A DNA stretch of 47,963 bases from the NCBI RefSeq assembly GCF_001194135.2, contig NC_068983.1, positions 109,880,118 through 109,928,080 on the forward strand, in the 5' to 3' direction. A model generated the notes under the pieces. That model did no database searches. It was not told the origin of the DNA and saw nothing but the letters and a program-made list of their open reading frames with translations. The position numbers and the translations under genes were made by a program. The stretch is from Octopus bimaculoides. Lineage: Eukaryota. This document shows positions 1 to 12,511 of this stretch, one piece after another; position 1 is the first letter of the stretch, and the number at the start of each line of letters is the position of its first letter.

Positions 1-346
1 TATGTATGTATATAAATGTATTTATATATATATATGTATGTATATAAATGTATTTATTTATATATATGTATGTATATAAATGTATTTATATATATGTATG
101 TATATAAATGTATTTATATATATATATATATATATATATAAATGTATTTATATATATGTATGTATATATATATGTATTTATATATATGTATGTATATATA
201 TGTATATTTATATATATGTATGTATATATGTATGTATTTATATATATGTATGTATATATATATATCTGTGAAAATATAAATATCTATGTATATATATGGA
301 TATCTATGTATATCTCTGTGTATATATAGATATGTATATGTATGTA
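1..346. repeat. Compound (TA)n/(TATG)n microsatellite with a recurring TATAAATGTATT unit
   Basis: Almost only T/A with periodic G. The ORFs at 80-374 are YI/MY low-complexity artefacts. Confidence 0.95.
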
Positions 347-1914
347 CAGTGGGGGGAAATAAATATTCGTACATGTCAAAATTCTTTATTTATTCAATTT
401 CTAATGAACATAAATGGGTTATACCAATACTATATTTGCAGGCACATGCATAAACTAAGAATATGCAAAAGAAACTAATAAATTATAGTAACTAATGAAT
501 TTATATACAATTATAAATATTTTGGGGTGAAAAAGTATTTATACAGAAAATTTATGATTTTCTTTGCCACAAAATACTGTTAAATTATTTTTTTGTTACT
601 AGAACTTTCTCATTTGTTCCAATAATCTTATCAGTAGTCATTTTTAAGTGTCAAAACACTAGCTGCTTCATTCAGCACTGAGACAACATAAAGTAGTGTT
701 GTAAAAATGGCAAAAAGTAAAGAACTCACAAATTCAGTGAAAAACTTAATTACTGAACAGTGGAAAGCAGATAAAAATTACAGGAAAATATCAGAGACCC
801 TTTGTATTCCATTTTCTACCATATCTTCATTTATTCAAAGATATAAAAAATCGGGAATTGTTAAAAACAGAATAAGATCCAGTGCACCACACAAGATTTC
901 CCCTAGATCTTTAAGAAAAATGAAGCGAAGAATCGAGAAAAACGCAATGATTACCAGAAAGGAGTTGCAAGTAGATTTTTAGCTTCAGGAACTAGTGTTA
1001 CACTACAAACAACCAGCAATGAACTTCATAGGAATGAACTGAAGTCATGCTCTCCTAGAAAAACTCCACTGTTGACTAAAAGGCATAGAGATGCCTGTTT
1101 AAAATGTGCTTATGAACATAAAGATAAATCTGATACATTCTGGGAAAAGGTTCTATGGATAGACGAGTTGAAAATTGAATTGTTTGGATGAAATTCGCAT
1201 ACCCATGTTTAGAGGAAAGATGGTACCACCTATTTGCCGAAAAACTCAATTCCTACCGAAAAGTTTGGAGGTGGCAACATCGTAGTGTTTCTCTGCAAAT
1301 GGCAATGGCAATTTACATGTGATAGATGGTAGAATGAATGCAGAGATGTACCAAAATATTTTGAACAATAATTTATGGGACTCTTTAGAAAAGCTCCAGC
1401 TTTGTGAAGGGTGGGTTTTACAACAGGATAATAACCCTAAGCACACGATGAAATCTACCAAAAATGGATTGTCAATCACAATATAAAATTATTAGAATGG
1501 CGAAGCCAGTCACCTGACTTGGACCCCATTGAAAATTTGTGACGTTATTTGAAAATTAAAATTCATTCAAGAGCCCCAGGGCGCATTCCAGATTTGAAGA
1601 AAATTTGTCAGGAAGAATGGAAAAAAATTCCTAAAGAAACATGCGAGTCATTGAGGAATTGAATAATGGTTATGCACCGAAGTATTAAATCAGAATTATC
1701 AGTTATTTATGTTCTGTATGAATCCTTTTTTTACCCATAAATATTTATAATTGGATATAAATTCCTTAGTTGCAATAATTTATTAGTTTCTTTTGCGTAT
1801 TCTTAGTTTATGCATGTCTATGCAAATATAGTATTGGTATATCCCATTTATGTTCATTAGAAATTAAATAAATAAAGAATTTTGATGTGTACAAATATTT
1901 ATTTCCCCCCATTG
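347..1914 (+). mobile_element. Full-length degenerate Tc1-family (DD34E) DNA transposon
   Basis: Left end is TA|CAGTGGGGGGAAATAAATATT and right end is AATATTTATTTCCCCCCATTG|TA, giving TA target-site duplications at 345-346 and 1915-1916. The inverted repeats align for ~205 bp (347-~550 vs ~1710-1914). A transposase remnant lies inside. Confidence 0.95.
707..1688 (+). pseudogene. Disrupted Tc1 transposase
   Basis: N-terminal paired-like HTH MAKSKELTNSVKNLI...GIVKNRIRSSAPHKISPR, then catalytic motifs WEKVLWIDELKIELFG, KFGGGNI, WVLQQDNNPKH and WRSQSPDLDPIENL. Multiple stops, frameshifts and small deletions. Confidence 0.92.
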
Positions 1915-2034
1915 TATATGAAGGTTATGAAGTCAGTTATGATAGAATTCAAATAAAGTAGTCCCGGAAAGGCCTTTAATGCGCTCCCAGAGAATATAGA
2001 ACATAGGAGGAAATACTTATATAGATACATATAC

Positions 2035-2517
2035 TAAAATTGGCCCTTTCTCATCTTGTTTGAGAAACACTGAATGTCTTCATGCTCTACCTGCCTGATA
2101 AGAAACTGAGACTCTCCCATATCCTGGCAATGGAATTGATTGACTTGCAGGTATTATTGTCGACCATTGCCTGAATCTCAGCAACAGATTCAGGAATTCT
2201 TTTCTTATCAGAATGACCAGAGTGTGTTTTCCAAGCTGCTGTACCTTCGTAATCACCATTAGACTCATCCATCTCTTTCCAGATTGACACCGAAACACTC
2301 TGAAATTTTCTTGTTGGAACTTCCGGCATGAAAGCCAAACAGTACAGCATGTTGTTTCCAAATTTCTGGCAGAGTTTATTGTGTCATGGCGCTGTTTTTC
2401 TCATGGACTGTGCCCGACTGACCCTACTATATTGTGTTGTTGAAAAATGAAAAGCAAACAATGCATATGTGTGAAATTAAAAATATAAAATGGCGACAAT
2501 TTACCCATCGCAGCCTG
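2035..2517 (-). mobile_element. 5' fragment of a mariner-like (probably maT/DD37D-type) transposon
   Basis: Minus-strand terminus TA|CAGGCTGCGATGGGTAAATTGTCGCCA. Degenerate transposase N-terminus: KEMDESNGDYEGTAAWKTHSGHSDKKRIPESVAEIQAMVDNN...HEDIQCFSNKMRKGQF. Confidence 0.75.
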
Positions 2518-3219
2518 TATATGTATACATGTGTGCTTGTGTGTGTGTGTATATATACATATATATATACATACACATATGTACACATGCATATATATAT
2601 ANNNNNNNNNNNNNNNNNNNNNNNNNNNNNNNNNNNNNNNNNNNNNNNNNNNNNNNNNNNNNNNNNNNNNNNNNNNNNNNNNNNNNNNNNNNNNNNNNNN
2701 ATAAATTGTATGAAAGGAGCTATTTGTGTTGAGACCAGCAATAAAAAGTTATGACTGGGGACAACTTAGCATGTAGCATTTTCATAAATTTGCTGTCTTG
2801 CTGGTAGTCTTACATCTTAATGATGTCTATCAGTTATGAATTATGTTTTTGTGGATACATTGGTAATTATAGGCTAGTTTTCCAAGTGAGATGTCATTTG
2901 ATGTAACTTTTTGGTAAATCCTTTTGGTTCTTCTTGATTTATATCAGCACTGTGTAGGATTTTAAAAGGTATACACCCACAGTTCCACAGGTTGAATTGA
3001 GAATTTGACTCTATTTAGTATGTAGTCAATGAAATTGTTTTCTGTCTCATGATGACTAGCTGAGATCCAACAAATTAGATTAGTTGAACTACAGTCCACT
3101 TTTGTTTTTCTCTCATTTTGCCCCCTTATTGTATCTGTTTCTCCCTCTTCTATTAATACACAACACTTACACCAAATATGTTTTGTATTTTTGTATGTAT
3201 GTGTGTGATGTGTCTAAAT

Positions 3220-3250
<31 letters not shown>

Positions 3251-3368
3251 TGACATTTCACAGAAAAAGTGTGATAAAAATATTGAATAAATCTTTTAAT
3301 CTGATCTTTAGTCATAAAAGTGTTTAGAATCTATATTGACTACCTGACATATATTAATAAATTTCTAG

Positions 3369-3509
3369 ATAAAACAGAATTACCCGCAATCCAAACATCC
3401 AGTAATGTTCTTAAAGAAGACCGCAGTAAAGTAAAAGATGTTGAGCATGATGTCCGTTACTTGCCTGACATGGAATGGAAATATGAAAACACCTTTGATC
3501 TGCAGAGAG
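3369..3509 (+). CDS. Internal coding exon of an unidentified spliced gene (phase 1 to 1, 141 nt)
   Basis: Acceptor tttctag| and donor G|gtaagt. Open frame (D)KTELPAIQTSSNVLKEDRSKVKDVEHDVRYLPDMEWKYENTFDLQR(G), which joins 6382 in frame. An alternative acceptor at 3327 cannot be excluded. Confidence 0.8.
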
Positions 3510-4060
3510 GTAAGTTTAATTATCTAAGTTTCAGAATCATATCAAATTCCAAATTACTTTTGCACCCTCAAAGAATTATTTTTTTTAATATTTCCTATGT
3601 ATACATTCTATTTTAAGAAATAACATTATTGTGAAATTGAAAAAGAAAACACTGAAAATTATTTTTAAGTTAAAGAACATTTTAAACTTTTTCAATTTTA
3701 GGAATATTAATACCTATTGCTTGTTTTCTTTTCCAGTATAATATTTAGCTCCCAGTTTTTCTGTTTTTATTTCTTTATCTTTTTTTTAGACTAATTACTT
3801 TTTAGTCTTCTTTAGAATTTCTCAGATTTCTATATTAAAATGTTTTTTGTAAGCAAACTGTTGAACATGTTTGTCTAACTGGAATTGTCTAACTCCTGAA
3901 CTTTAGTTTATTTACAAATCAATTTGTAATCAGTTAACTGCATGCTTTTAGGTTAGATTCCATTATGCAACAGCACCTTGGGAAAATGTCTTTTATCATA
4001 GCTGTCTAAGTGAAATTTGGTGGACATAATTTGTATGGAAGCCTGTCATAGGGATCTTTC

Positions 4061-4215
4061 TTATTCTTGTGTAGTAACCAATCTGTTGTCTAGTTTAACA
4101 CTACTATCTGGTCCTTTGGTACTCTGTATGATATTCTGTTGCCAGTAATCATGCCAGGTTGCCAATTTATACACAGCTGTTTCACTTTCTCCCACACGTT
4201 CTGGAGGTCCTTCCT
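4061..4215 (-). CDS. Candidate terminal coding exon of an antisense gene nested in the plus-gene intron
   Basis: Minus-strand acceptor ttttcttttattttaatgttaattcag|. Fifty open codons EGPPERVGESETAVYKLATWHDYWQQNIIQSTKGPDSSVKLDNRLVTTQE then TAA. Third positions are mostly A/T in this frame. The patch is GC-richer than the surrounding intron. Confidence 0.5.
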
Positions 4216-5433
4216 CTGAATTAACATTAAAATAAAAGAAAAGCAGTTATACCGAAAGTTGTTCAGATATTGGGGAAAAATATATTTTCTTTTATATATT
4301 ATTTCCGCAACGTACAAATACTAGTGAATAAATGATGTAGATATTTTTATGACAATATTCTATAGAATACTGTTGGAGAATATCTGAATTATTAATACAG
4401 ATTTTATTACACATATTAATCAGGTAAGTAATAATTATAGTGAAACAAGTTGCAAGTAGTTTTACCACAATAGAACAAAAACTGAATTTTCATTATCAAT
4501 ATGAACTTTCACTTACTATCATAATTATTTTATGGGAAACATTCTGTTTAATACCTATGAATTCTGGTATTTCATAAAGAAAAATATTCTTTCGCCACCC
4601 TTTAAGATAGGATTATAGCTTAGTGATAAACAAAGGATATACCTAATGTTGCTTGACTAAGCTACCTTAGTATAGAGAAATATGTAGTCTGACAGTTTGT
4701 AGCTCTTATTCTTTTCTACCTTTAGAGAATTTAGCTTACAAATACTAATACTGTCACTTCTTAGAATAAATAACTTTATATTTAAATGTGTTTTCTCATT
4801 TGAAGCAATTGCTTTATTTTTTTTAATTTAAAAATCAAACTTCTTGTGAATGAAGGATATAAAGAGAATACATTTAAGTTACATTTTTATTGATGTACTA
4901 AACTCAGTCTCAGCCTTCTCAGTTTGAGGAAAATGGTAATGGTAATTGCTTTAACGAATAGTTTCTAGTATTCTTACTTTGGCATGTGACTGTCTTTTGA
5001 TTTAGAATATTCATATTTGTTCTGGATTAGTAAGTGGTTTTAAATCGCCATCACTTTCATTTTGTATGTTTTCCATGGTAGTATGTGTTGGACTGGTTGT
5101 CCCATCTGAGTCAGTTCTTATTTGGGGTTACTGCCCTCAAACAGGCTAAAGGATTACGCCTCAGTCAGATGTTTTGATTTTGGTGTGTTTTCTGCAAACA
5201 GAGGTACCTTTCTTGACACCAACCACTTAAGTGTGTAATGAGTGTATTTTATCATTGCACTTGCATTAGATGTGTTGTTGTACTCTTGGCAAGAGTAAAG
5301 AATTTCCTCAATCTTATGTTGTCTGTATTCAATTTACTAACCACTTTACAGAATGTATTTGGTGTACCTGACTTGTGCTGGTGGCATTTTATTGTGGTAC
5401 TAGCTTAGGTGAGGTCACTTGTAACTCACAAGA

Positions 5434-5900
5434 CTATAGATCCTCCACACTGCTTTGTGAAGGAAAATAAAAGAGAGTGATTAGCTTCAGGTGAGGTGCT
5501 GAAGGAAGAGAAAGTTTGATGGGAGGAACAAATTTATAGCTGTTAGAAGGTGGCAGAAGAGAGAGTAATAGAAAATACTGCTTGAGAAATAATAGAATAG
5601 ACTGTTGTGATAGGTGGTTAGTAAGAGTCATGAAGACGGTGGGAGTGGCTGGAAGTAGATGAGATACACTACTAAACCAGTTATATGAGATGAGCAGATG
5701 GATATGGGTGGTGGTGTTGTGCATGATAGAAAGAAAGAGAATGGTAAGGAGTGGAGAAGCCATAGGGAGAGGTTCAGTGAAAAAAAGCAGACAGGAGAGT
5801 GTACTGGAGGTAGTTGGGACATAGAAGAAGCATGCAGCAAGAGCATCTCTGCTAGTATCAGTATTTCTGTTCTAGCATTCTCTCTCCCATTCTTGCACAA
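5434..5900. mobile_element. Purine-rich decayed interspersed repeat, possibly an antisense LINE remnant
   Basis: GA-skewed, GC-richer block with no splice-bounded frame. No diagnostic motif recognised. Confidence 0.3.
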
Positions 5901-6381
5901 GAGTGCTCATATATTTACTATTTGATACAATAATTTTTTTTTTAACAATGTTCAGTGCAAATGATGCTTTGTCATATTGCAATGAAAATCTAAGCTAACA
6001 ATTAGGTCGTAAATATTACTCTTCAAACAAAGCGATAGGAAAGCTATATAACTTGCTTATTCTTTAATTGGGTTTGAAACTACTTTAGATTGATAGGGTT
6101 GATAATGTTAATTATTATAATAACACCATTTGTTGTTTATGTGTAAGCATTCCCATTAAATGATCATTAAATGTCTCAATAATGAACAGCCCATAATAAT
6201 AATAAGCAGTGCTGTTGCATAAATGATGATAAATTAAAGCATTACATTATATTTTTTTGGAACTACATTACTTGCTAAAAAACGGCGATATTACATGCAC
6301 AAAATATAAATTTTCTTTTAATGTTGGCTTTTATTATATATTTATTGTAATCATGATTCTTATGTTTATGTTTTACTACAG

Positions 6382-6557
6382 GGTCTAATATGGCTGCGAA
6401 AATAGAAGTTAGAAAACTGGATCCAGTGCACAAATTTATGCCCATTGACCATTCTACTGTTAATGATAACCAAGCTTTTTACGATCGCAGCATCTTACAT
6501 AAGTATTGTCCATACCCAATGCCAGCTCATTATCTCATGGAATATGTAATACATAAA
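6382..6557 (+). CDS. Internal coding exon (phase 1 to 0, 176 nt) of the same gene
   Basis: Acceptor ttttactacag| and donor AAA|gtaagt. Encodes (G)SNMAAKIEVRKLDPVHKFMPIDHSTVNDNQAFYDRSILHKYCPYPMPAHYLMEYVIHK with no stops. Confidence 0.9.
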
Positions 6558-6991
6558 GTAAGTTAAGTGAAGACATATTCACTTCAATTACTAATTCTGT
6601 TTCTTGCTACATTGTTATTTTTTATGTACAGATATTGAAAATGCAATTCTTTAGAGTTAACATTTTATATGATGAATACTAAAGTTGGGTTGTTTTCTGT
6701 AATTAGATTGATTACTCTTTTTCTTATTTATATAATATTTGTTTTATGGTTGAATGTTTTCTCTAATTACAATTACTTTAATTTGAAATACAACTGAGTT
6801 TCATTATCTTGAAATCCATAGCTTCATTGCTCTAACTTCCTAGTTTGCACCACTATTAATCAAGCATGTTTTTGAATTTGTTAGTTATTTTCAACTTTAC
6901 AATTTCCCATGCTGTGACCTACTTACCATTTTACTTAGCTATTTTCTTGTAATCCTTTTGCTATCATTAAATCCTAATAAAGCAAATGGTG

Positions 6992-7110
6992 TTTGGGCAT
7001 GGTGGTGTGGTTAAGAAGTTTGCTTTGTAATTATGTTGTTTCAGGTTCAGTCTTATTGTGCTGTGCCTTGAGCAAGCATCTTTAACCATAGTTTTGGTTA
7101 ACCAAAATTT
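6992..7110 (+). mobile_element. Decayed head of a tRNA-derived SINE
   Basis: GGCATGGTGGTGTGGTTAAGAAGTTTGCTT...GGTTCAGTC...CCTTGAGCAAG aligns by eye to the head of the 12138 copy. Confidence 0.6.
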
Positions 7111-9615
7111 CAGGGGGGGTGGCAAATACGAGAAGCAAAAATGATGTGATAGTTCATTGGAGGTACTTTTACTGTTCCTGGGTGGTAAACTAATTCAATC
7201 ATTCATTTTAGCACCACTACTTAGCCATTGTGTGACTTTAGCACATTTAAGTAAGTTTTGAAAAAGGTGCTATGTACCACTCTTCTTTTGACCAAGTGAT
7301 GTAGAAAAGAAAATGTCTCCTATTATATCCTACTTCTACATTAATTTGTTCAAAGTCTGTATTTTCTTTTAATGGTTAAATTTTTCTCATAGTTGACTTA
7401 AATATAAAAAGAAATAAAAGTAATTTTAATATTAAAGAGATAGCAGATGGAAATGAATTTGCACTGAGGAGTTATTGTAAATGTTTACATCATCTTAATG
7501 ATAGTCCATCATTTAAGGTAGAATGTCAGTTTTTTTTTCTTTTCAAATGTATTAGGGATAGACTTAAGTTACTGTTCATTTTATTAACTCTATCTTGCTC
7601 CCCTAAGCTTCTACTTCAAACTTTTGTGAAGCATTTATCATTCAAAATAACATTATCTTGATTCTAACAAGCCAAATACTCTATAAATAAATATCAAAAT
7701 AAATATAATTTAGGTAAAAAAACATTTAGACATATGGTAAGAATAACTGAAGTTGCAGTTTGCTTCAATCCACATAACACAATGAACAACTGTGCAACAA
7801 CTATGAATGTCTAGAAACACAATTACAACACCTTTTGTCAGATATTAAATGCTAACTAAAGATTATTTACTTCAGCAACACTAAATACTGTATTAGAATA
7901 CCTATCCTCTCTTATGAAGAACAAATTGAACTTCCTTTTCTTGTTTCTGCTGCATTCAAATCTTTTGATCAAGTAAAAACTAAATGAATACACATACCAT
8001 GTTTATGTTCGCATTCTGTACTACCTATCACTATATGAGTAAAGCCTAAATTGTCTTCATAGACTGAGTATAAGCATGTCATACTTAAGGAATTAGATTT
8101 ACAGATTATCTTTGTACCTGAATTTTTAGTAAAGCAGTCACCAGGGCTGTTCCCTTAACTACAGTAAAAGCGACAAACTTTTCTGCTTAAGTGTTTTTGC
8201 AACAATATTTGAATTGTAGGTCCATCCAACCAGTTTGAAATGGCTGTTAAATATAACTATTTAGCAAAGAGAACTAACATAAGAACTCATTGAAGTATGG
8301 TGTAAGACTGAAGGGTGAATGAAATAAGCAAATCAGTGTTGCAGATATTAGTGGTGGGGGGGGGGGCATGATCTTTTAGTTATTGATAGTGGAAAGGAAA
8401 ATGATTGGAACAGTTTATAAAAATTGATTTTGGTTGTGGATTATATAGTACTAATATAAGTATATAATACTAATATAAGTAAAGCCAATTCAAATGCCTA
8501 TTTAAAAGGTTATCTATTAGAAATCAATTAATAATTAGAAAAATAAACAGTTGACTTACATATGTTAAAAATAATAAGAAAAAAATATTTAACAGTGAAT
8601 AAGTGAGTGATATATATATTTTTTGCTTTTATGTTATTACTGTGCTACATGCTCATTGGGTAGAGACCGAATGCTAGAAAATAGAAATAGCAAAAAGTTT
8701 AATGAGCTAAAACTTAAACACGTCACTGGTTGAGCAAAACAAGTTTAATTAGTTGAACCTGCCATCTAGTGCATACAGCATAGAATTATAAATATGAATC
8801 TGAGTGAAAAATGATTAATGTGTTGGTTAGGTGTTGATTATATGTCACTATCATGCAGGCAATACACTAGTTCAAGCACCCAAGTAATGCTTGCATTTCA
8901 GTTAGGATGTAGCATACACGACTATGATTACTGGAGTATTTAGCAGAAGTCCATTTTTAATTGAAATTGAAAATGTCTCTTAATAAGATATACTTATTTA
9001 TTTTTCTCTTCTTTGGTCTTTATGAATATTTTATTTTGATATGAAGTCTTTTCCTAAGTTGCTAACTATGTTCAAAGTATTGAATGTATAATTTTTTTTA
9101 ATGTGGAAAAAGATGTATGTACCACACACGCATACATACAGACATATACATGTATATATATATATATATNNNNNNNNNNNNNNNNNNNNNNNNNNNNNNN
9201 NNNNNNNNNNNNNNNNNNNNNNNNNNNNNNNNNNNNNNNNNNNNNNNNNNNNNNNNNNNNNNNNNNNNNNNNNNNNNNNNNNNNNNNNNNNNNNNNNNNN
9301 NNNNNNNNNNNNNNNNNNNNNNNNNNNNNNNNNNNNNNNNNNNNNNNNNNNNNNNNNNNNNNNNNNNNNNNNNNNNNNNNNNNNNNNNNNNNNNNNATGA
9401 TAGTCAATTTGTTTGTTGATCAAGAATTTTCTCCATTTTCTGCTTAATTTAAATTTGATTTCTGATAAACTCTTGTTTATTTTGTTATTGCCTGTATCCT
9501 ATGAGCATAATATGCTTGCATATCCATACCCAGGGTTAACATAGGTAATTTATACTGGTACTAGAAAGATATTCTTATCCATTAGACAGTTTTTCCAACC
9601 GCTAACTGTACTAAC

Positions 9616-9659
<44 letters not shown>

Positions 9660-9693
9660 GCACATACATGCATATATATACATACACACACGC

Positions 9694-9730
<37 letters not shown>

Positions 9731-12137
9731 TGTATATTAGCATGTATGTATATATATAAAATAGTGAAGCATTGTGTGGTATTACTTTTAAGAGATTTAT
9801 TGTGTAAGGCCAGAATAATGTAAGACGGTACAAAGTGAACTACAAAAGAAAAAGGAAACATAAGAAAGTTACAGTTTTGCTTTAGGAAAATCCATTTTCA
9901 TAGGAAGCAATTTCTATTTGTGTTTACTTAAGCATTTTTCAATCTGGAGGCTAATAACATGAAATGCTATTGACTTTATGAATAGATTGAGGTAAAATTA
10001 GTACTCTAATACACATTCAATTTTACTATACTTGACGTTCTGCTGTTTTTAAATGATTCATAATTAATTGTAGAACATCATATCAAAATAATATTGGGTT
10101 ACACTCCCAAAATGATTTTCAACTCAAAGGTTAATTGAAAACTCATATTGTTATATTTTTCAGGTGTAATTTTTTCTTTTTGTTAGCTATTTTGCATTTA
10201 TGAATCAAGGCATGTTGGGAGGGGGAGACTATCAAAGTTTTCTTCTATTATTCCATCCGAAATCCTGCTATTTAAGTGAAATAAATTTTTCAATACGATA
10301 ATTATAGAAATGTCTGTATTTTTCTTTACTGTATTTTGCTATAGCTTCCATTTTTGACAATTTAAATCAAAGATCAATAACATTGATATTGGTTTCCTAT
10401 TGTTCTTTGGACTTTTCTCTCATACTATATCAGGAAAAATAAAGATAAACTAAATCCCTTTATTAACTTTTATCATAAAGTCATTATTTTACCTTGAGAA
10501 AAGATGCCACCATATATCATGATAAAACATAAATTGATATTCATATCTTAAAATTCCAATACTCCAGTTCAATAATTTGAAGATAGATTTTGTATCAAAT
10601 TATTTTCCTATACATTCATAAACTACTTACATTTTCTAGTGAAAACATTTTCACCTGATTATCTTCAATACTGCAATTTTCTATTAAAATTGTATAGAGA
10701 ATAATAAAATCAGTCAGAATTCAATATAAACTTATATGTTTATTCTTAAAATGTGCCTTAAATTATTTTAAAAATATAGCCACCGAATAGTATAAATATT
10801 CAATTGTTACTGGTCTACTTCAGTAGCATTAAATATTTAGATATCTCAATATGAAAATGTTGAAAAGAAAATTTCATAATGCATTGTTGCTGAATTCCTT
10901 GGTCAGCTCTGAACCAATAGCCATAGCATCAATGGCACAAATATCAACCTTGAATATATCAAATATATCAGGTAATTTTCATAGTATAATTATCATAGTA
11001 TATAGAACTGCATTATCAAATGTATCTTAAAAAAAAAAAGAAAAATGAAAGAGGGGATTTGAATGATAATCTTTTTCCATTAAAAATGTTTATACAACAA
11101 ATAGAGAAATGCATGTTGGTAAAATATGAGGAAACAGAAATGTTTCAAACTATAATTGTAGTAATGTAAGACTCAAATAGCTACGTATTTTTAGTTAATT
11201 ATTTCTAGTTTTCATTGTTTCCAGTTTATATACATGTATTTTATTAGAAGGAAAACTTGTTTCTTGTAGCCAATGTGCTATAAACTAAAATGATAAAGGA
11301 ACATGGGTGTTTTTTAACATTTTTCACTCTTATGCCTATTGTTCTAAGCTAGATGGATGTTTTCGTTTTTCAGATTAAATGATTTTTGCAATATTGAACA
11401 TTTTATTAGAAAAACTATTACTTCTTGTTAACTCTCTCACTATGATATAAGATTAGTATTTGAATAATAATGAGCTTGACTCGGAGAGTGTCACATATCA
11501 TGTCTAACTATTAGCACAATAGCTGTAGAAAGATTTGGACACTTAGCGTGGTCAGTAGGCCAAAAGCTTAACCTTACAACCAATTAAATTTAGTAATCAG
11601 TTTAGAAAAAAATAAATGTTTTGTAAGATGTCTTATTTCTGAAATTCCAAAGAAATGTTGCTTTAATTCTAAATTTAATCTAATTTTCTTAAGTGATTTC
11701 AAAGCTGTTATGTGGAATTAGTGTTTTAAAACACAAAATCTTTGTTCTTTAAATGGAATTATGTTTTAAACATTTTAAATTCTGCTTTAGGCATGTGATG
11801 GGAATATTTTACTTTGCAGGAATTGATTAGTAGAAGCTGCCTGATGAGTGTTGGAATTTTCTTTTAATTTTTAAATGAAATGAGAACTGACTGACTATTT
11901 AAACTGTTGGAAGCCTAAAAGCACAAAACCTGTTGAAGGGTATATATTTTACAGTGTGTTTCAAGTTAAGCAGTAAAAATTTGCTTGATGAACAGTGTAG
12001 ATGAAGAAGTATGGAATCAGCTTGAGACCAAATGCAATTAAAGATGAAAACCAGATTTTCAGAATGTATAAATAAAAAAACAGTAGCTCTGTGATGGTTA
12101 AAAAAATTTATTATTTTCAATAGATTTGGTATTTGCA

Positions 12138-12511
12138 GGCGCAGGAGTGGCTGTGTGGTAAGTAGCTTGCTTACCAATCACATGGTTCCAGGTTCAGTCC
12201 CACTGCGTGGCATCTTGGGCAAGTGTCTTCTACTATAGTCTCGGGCCGACCAAAGCCTTGTGAGTTGATTTGGTAGACGGAAACTGAAAGAAGCCCGTCG
12301 TATATATGTATGTGTGTCTGTATTTGTCCCCCTAGCATTGCTTGAGAACCGATGCTGGTGTGTTTATGCCCCCGTCACTTAGCGGTTTGGCAAAAGAGAC
12401 CGATAGAATAATTACTAGGTCTACAAAGAATAAGTCCTGAGATCGATTTGTTCGACTAAAGGCGGTGCTGCAGCATGGCTGCAGTTAAATGACTGAATCA
12501 TGTAAAAGAGT
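12138..12511 (+). mobile_element. Near full-length tRNA-derived SINE (resembles octopod OK/OR-type SINEs)
   Basis: A-box-like TGGCTGTGTGGT, B-box-like GGTTCAGTCC, central TA/TG tract, 3' half ending CAGCATGGCTGCAGTTAAATGACTGAATCATGTAAAAGAG. Homologous pieces recur at several other places in the window. Confidence 0.9.

Noticed and set aside
8118-8250. Minus-strand segment with AG and GT boundaries
   Set aside because: Stops occur in all three frames before the donor.
10841-10970. Plus-strand open frame (YLNMKMLKRKFH...NIS) ending at CAG|gtaatt
   Set aside because: The only available acceptors give phase 2, which is incompatible with the phase-0 intron it sits in. The polypyrimidine tract is also weak.
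11838-11885. CTGATGA followed later by GAAA
   Set aside because: No stem II, stem III or stem I pairing, so it is a chance match to the hammerhead boxes.
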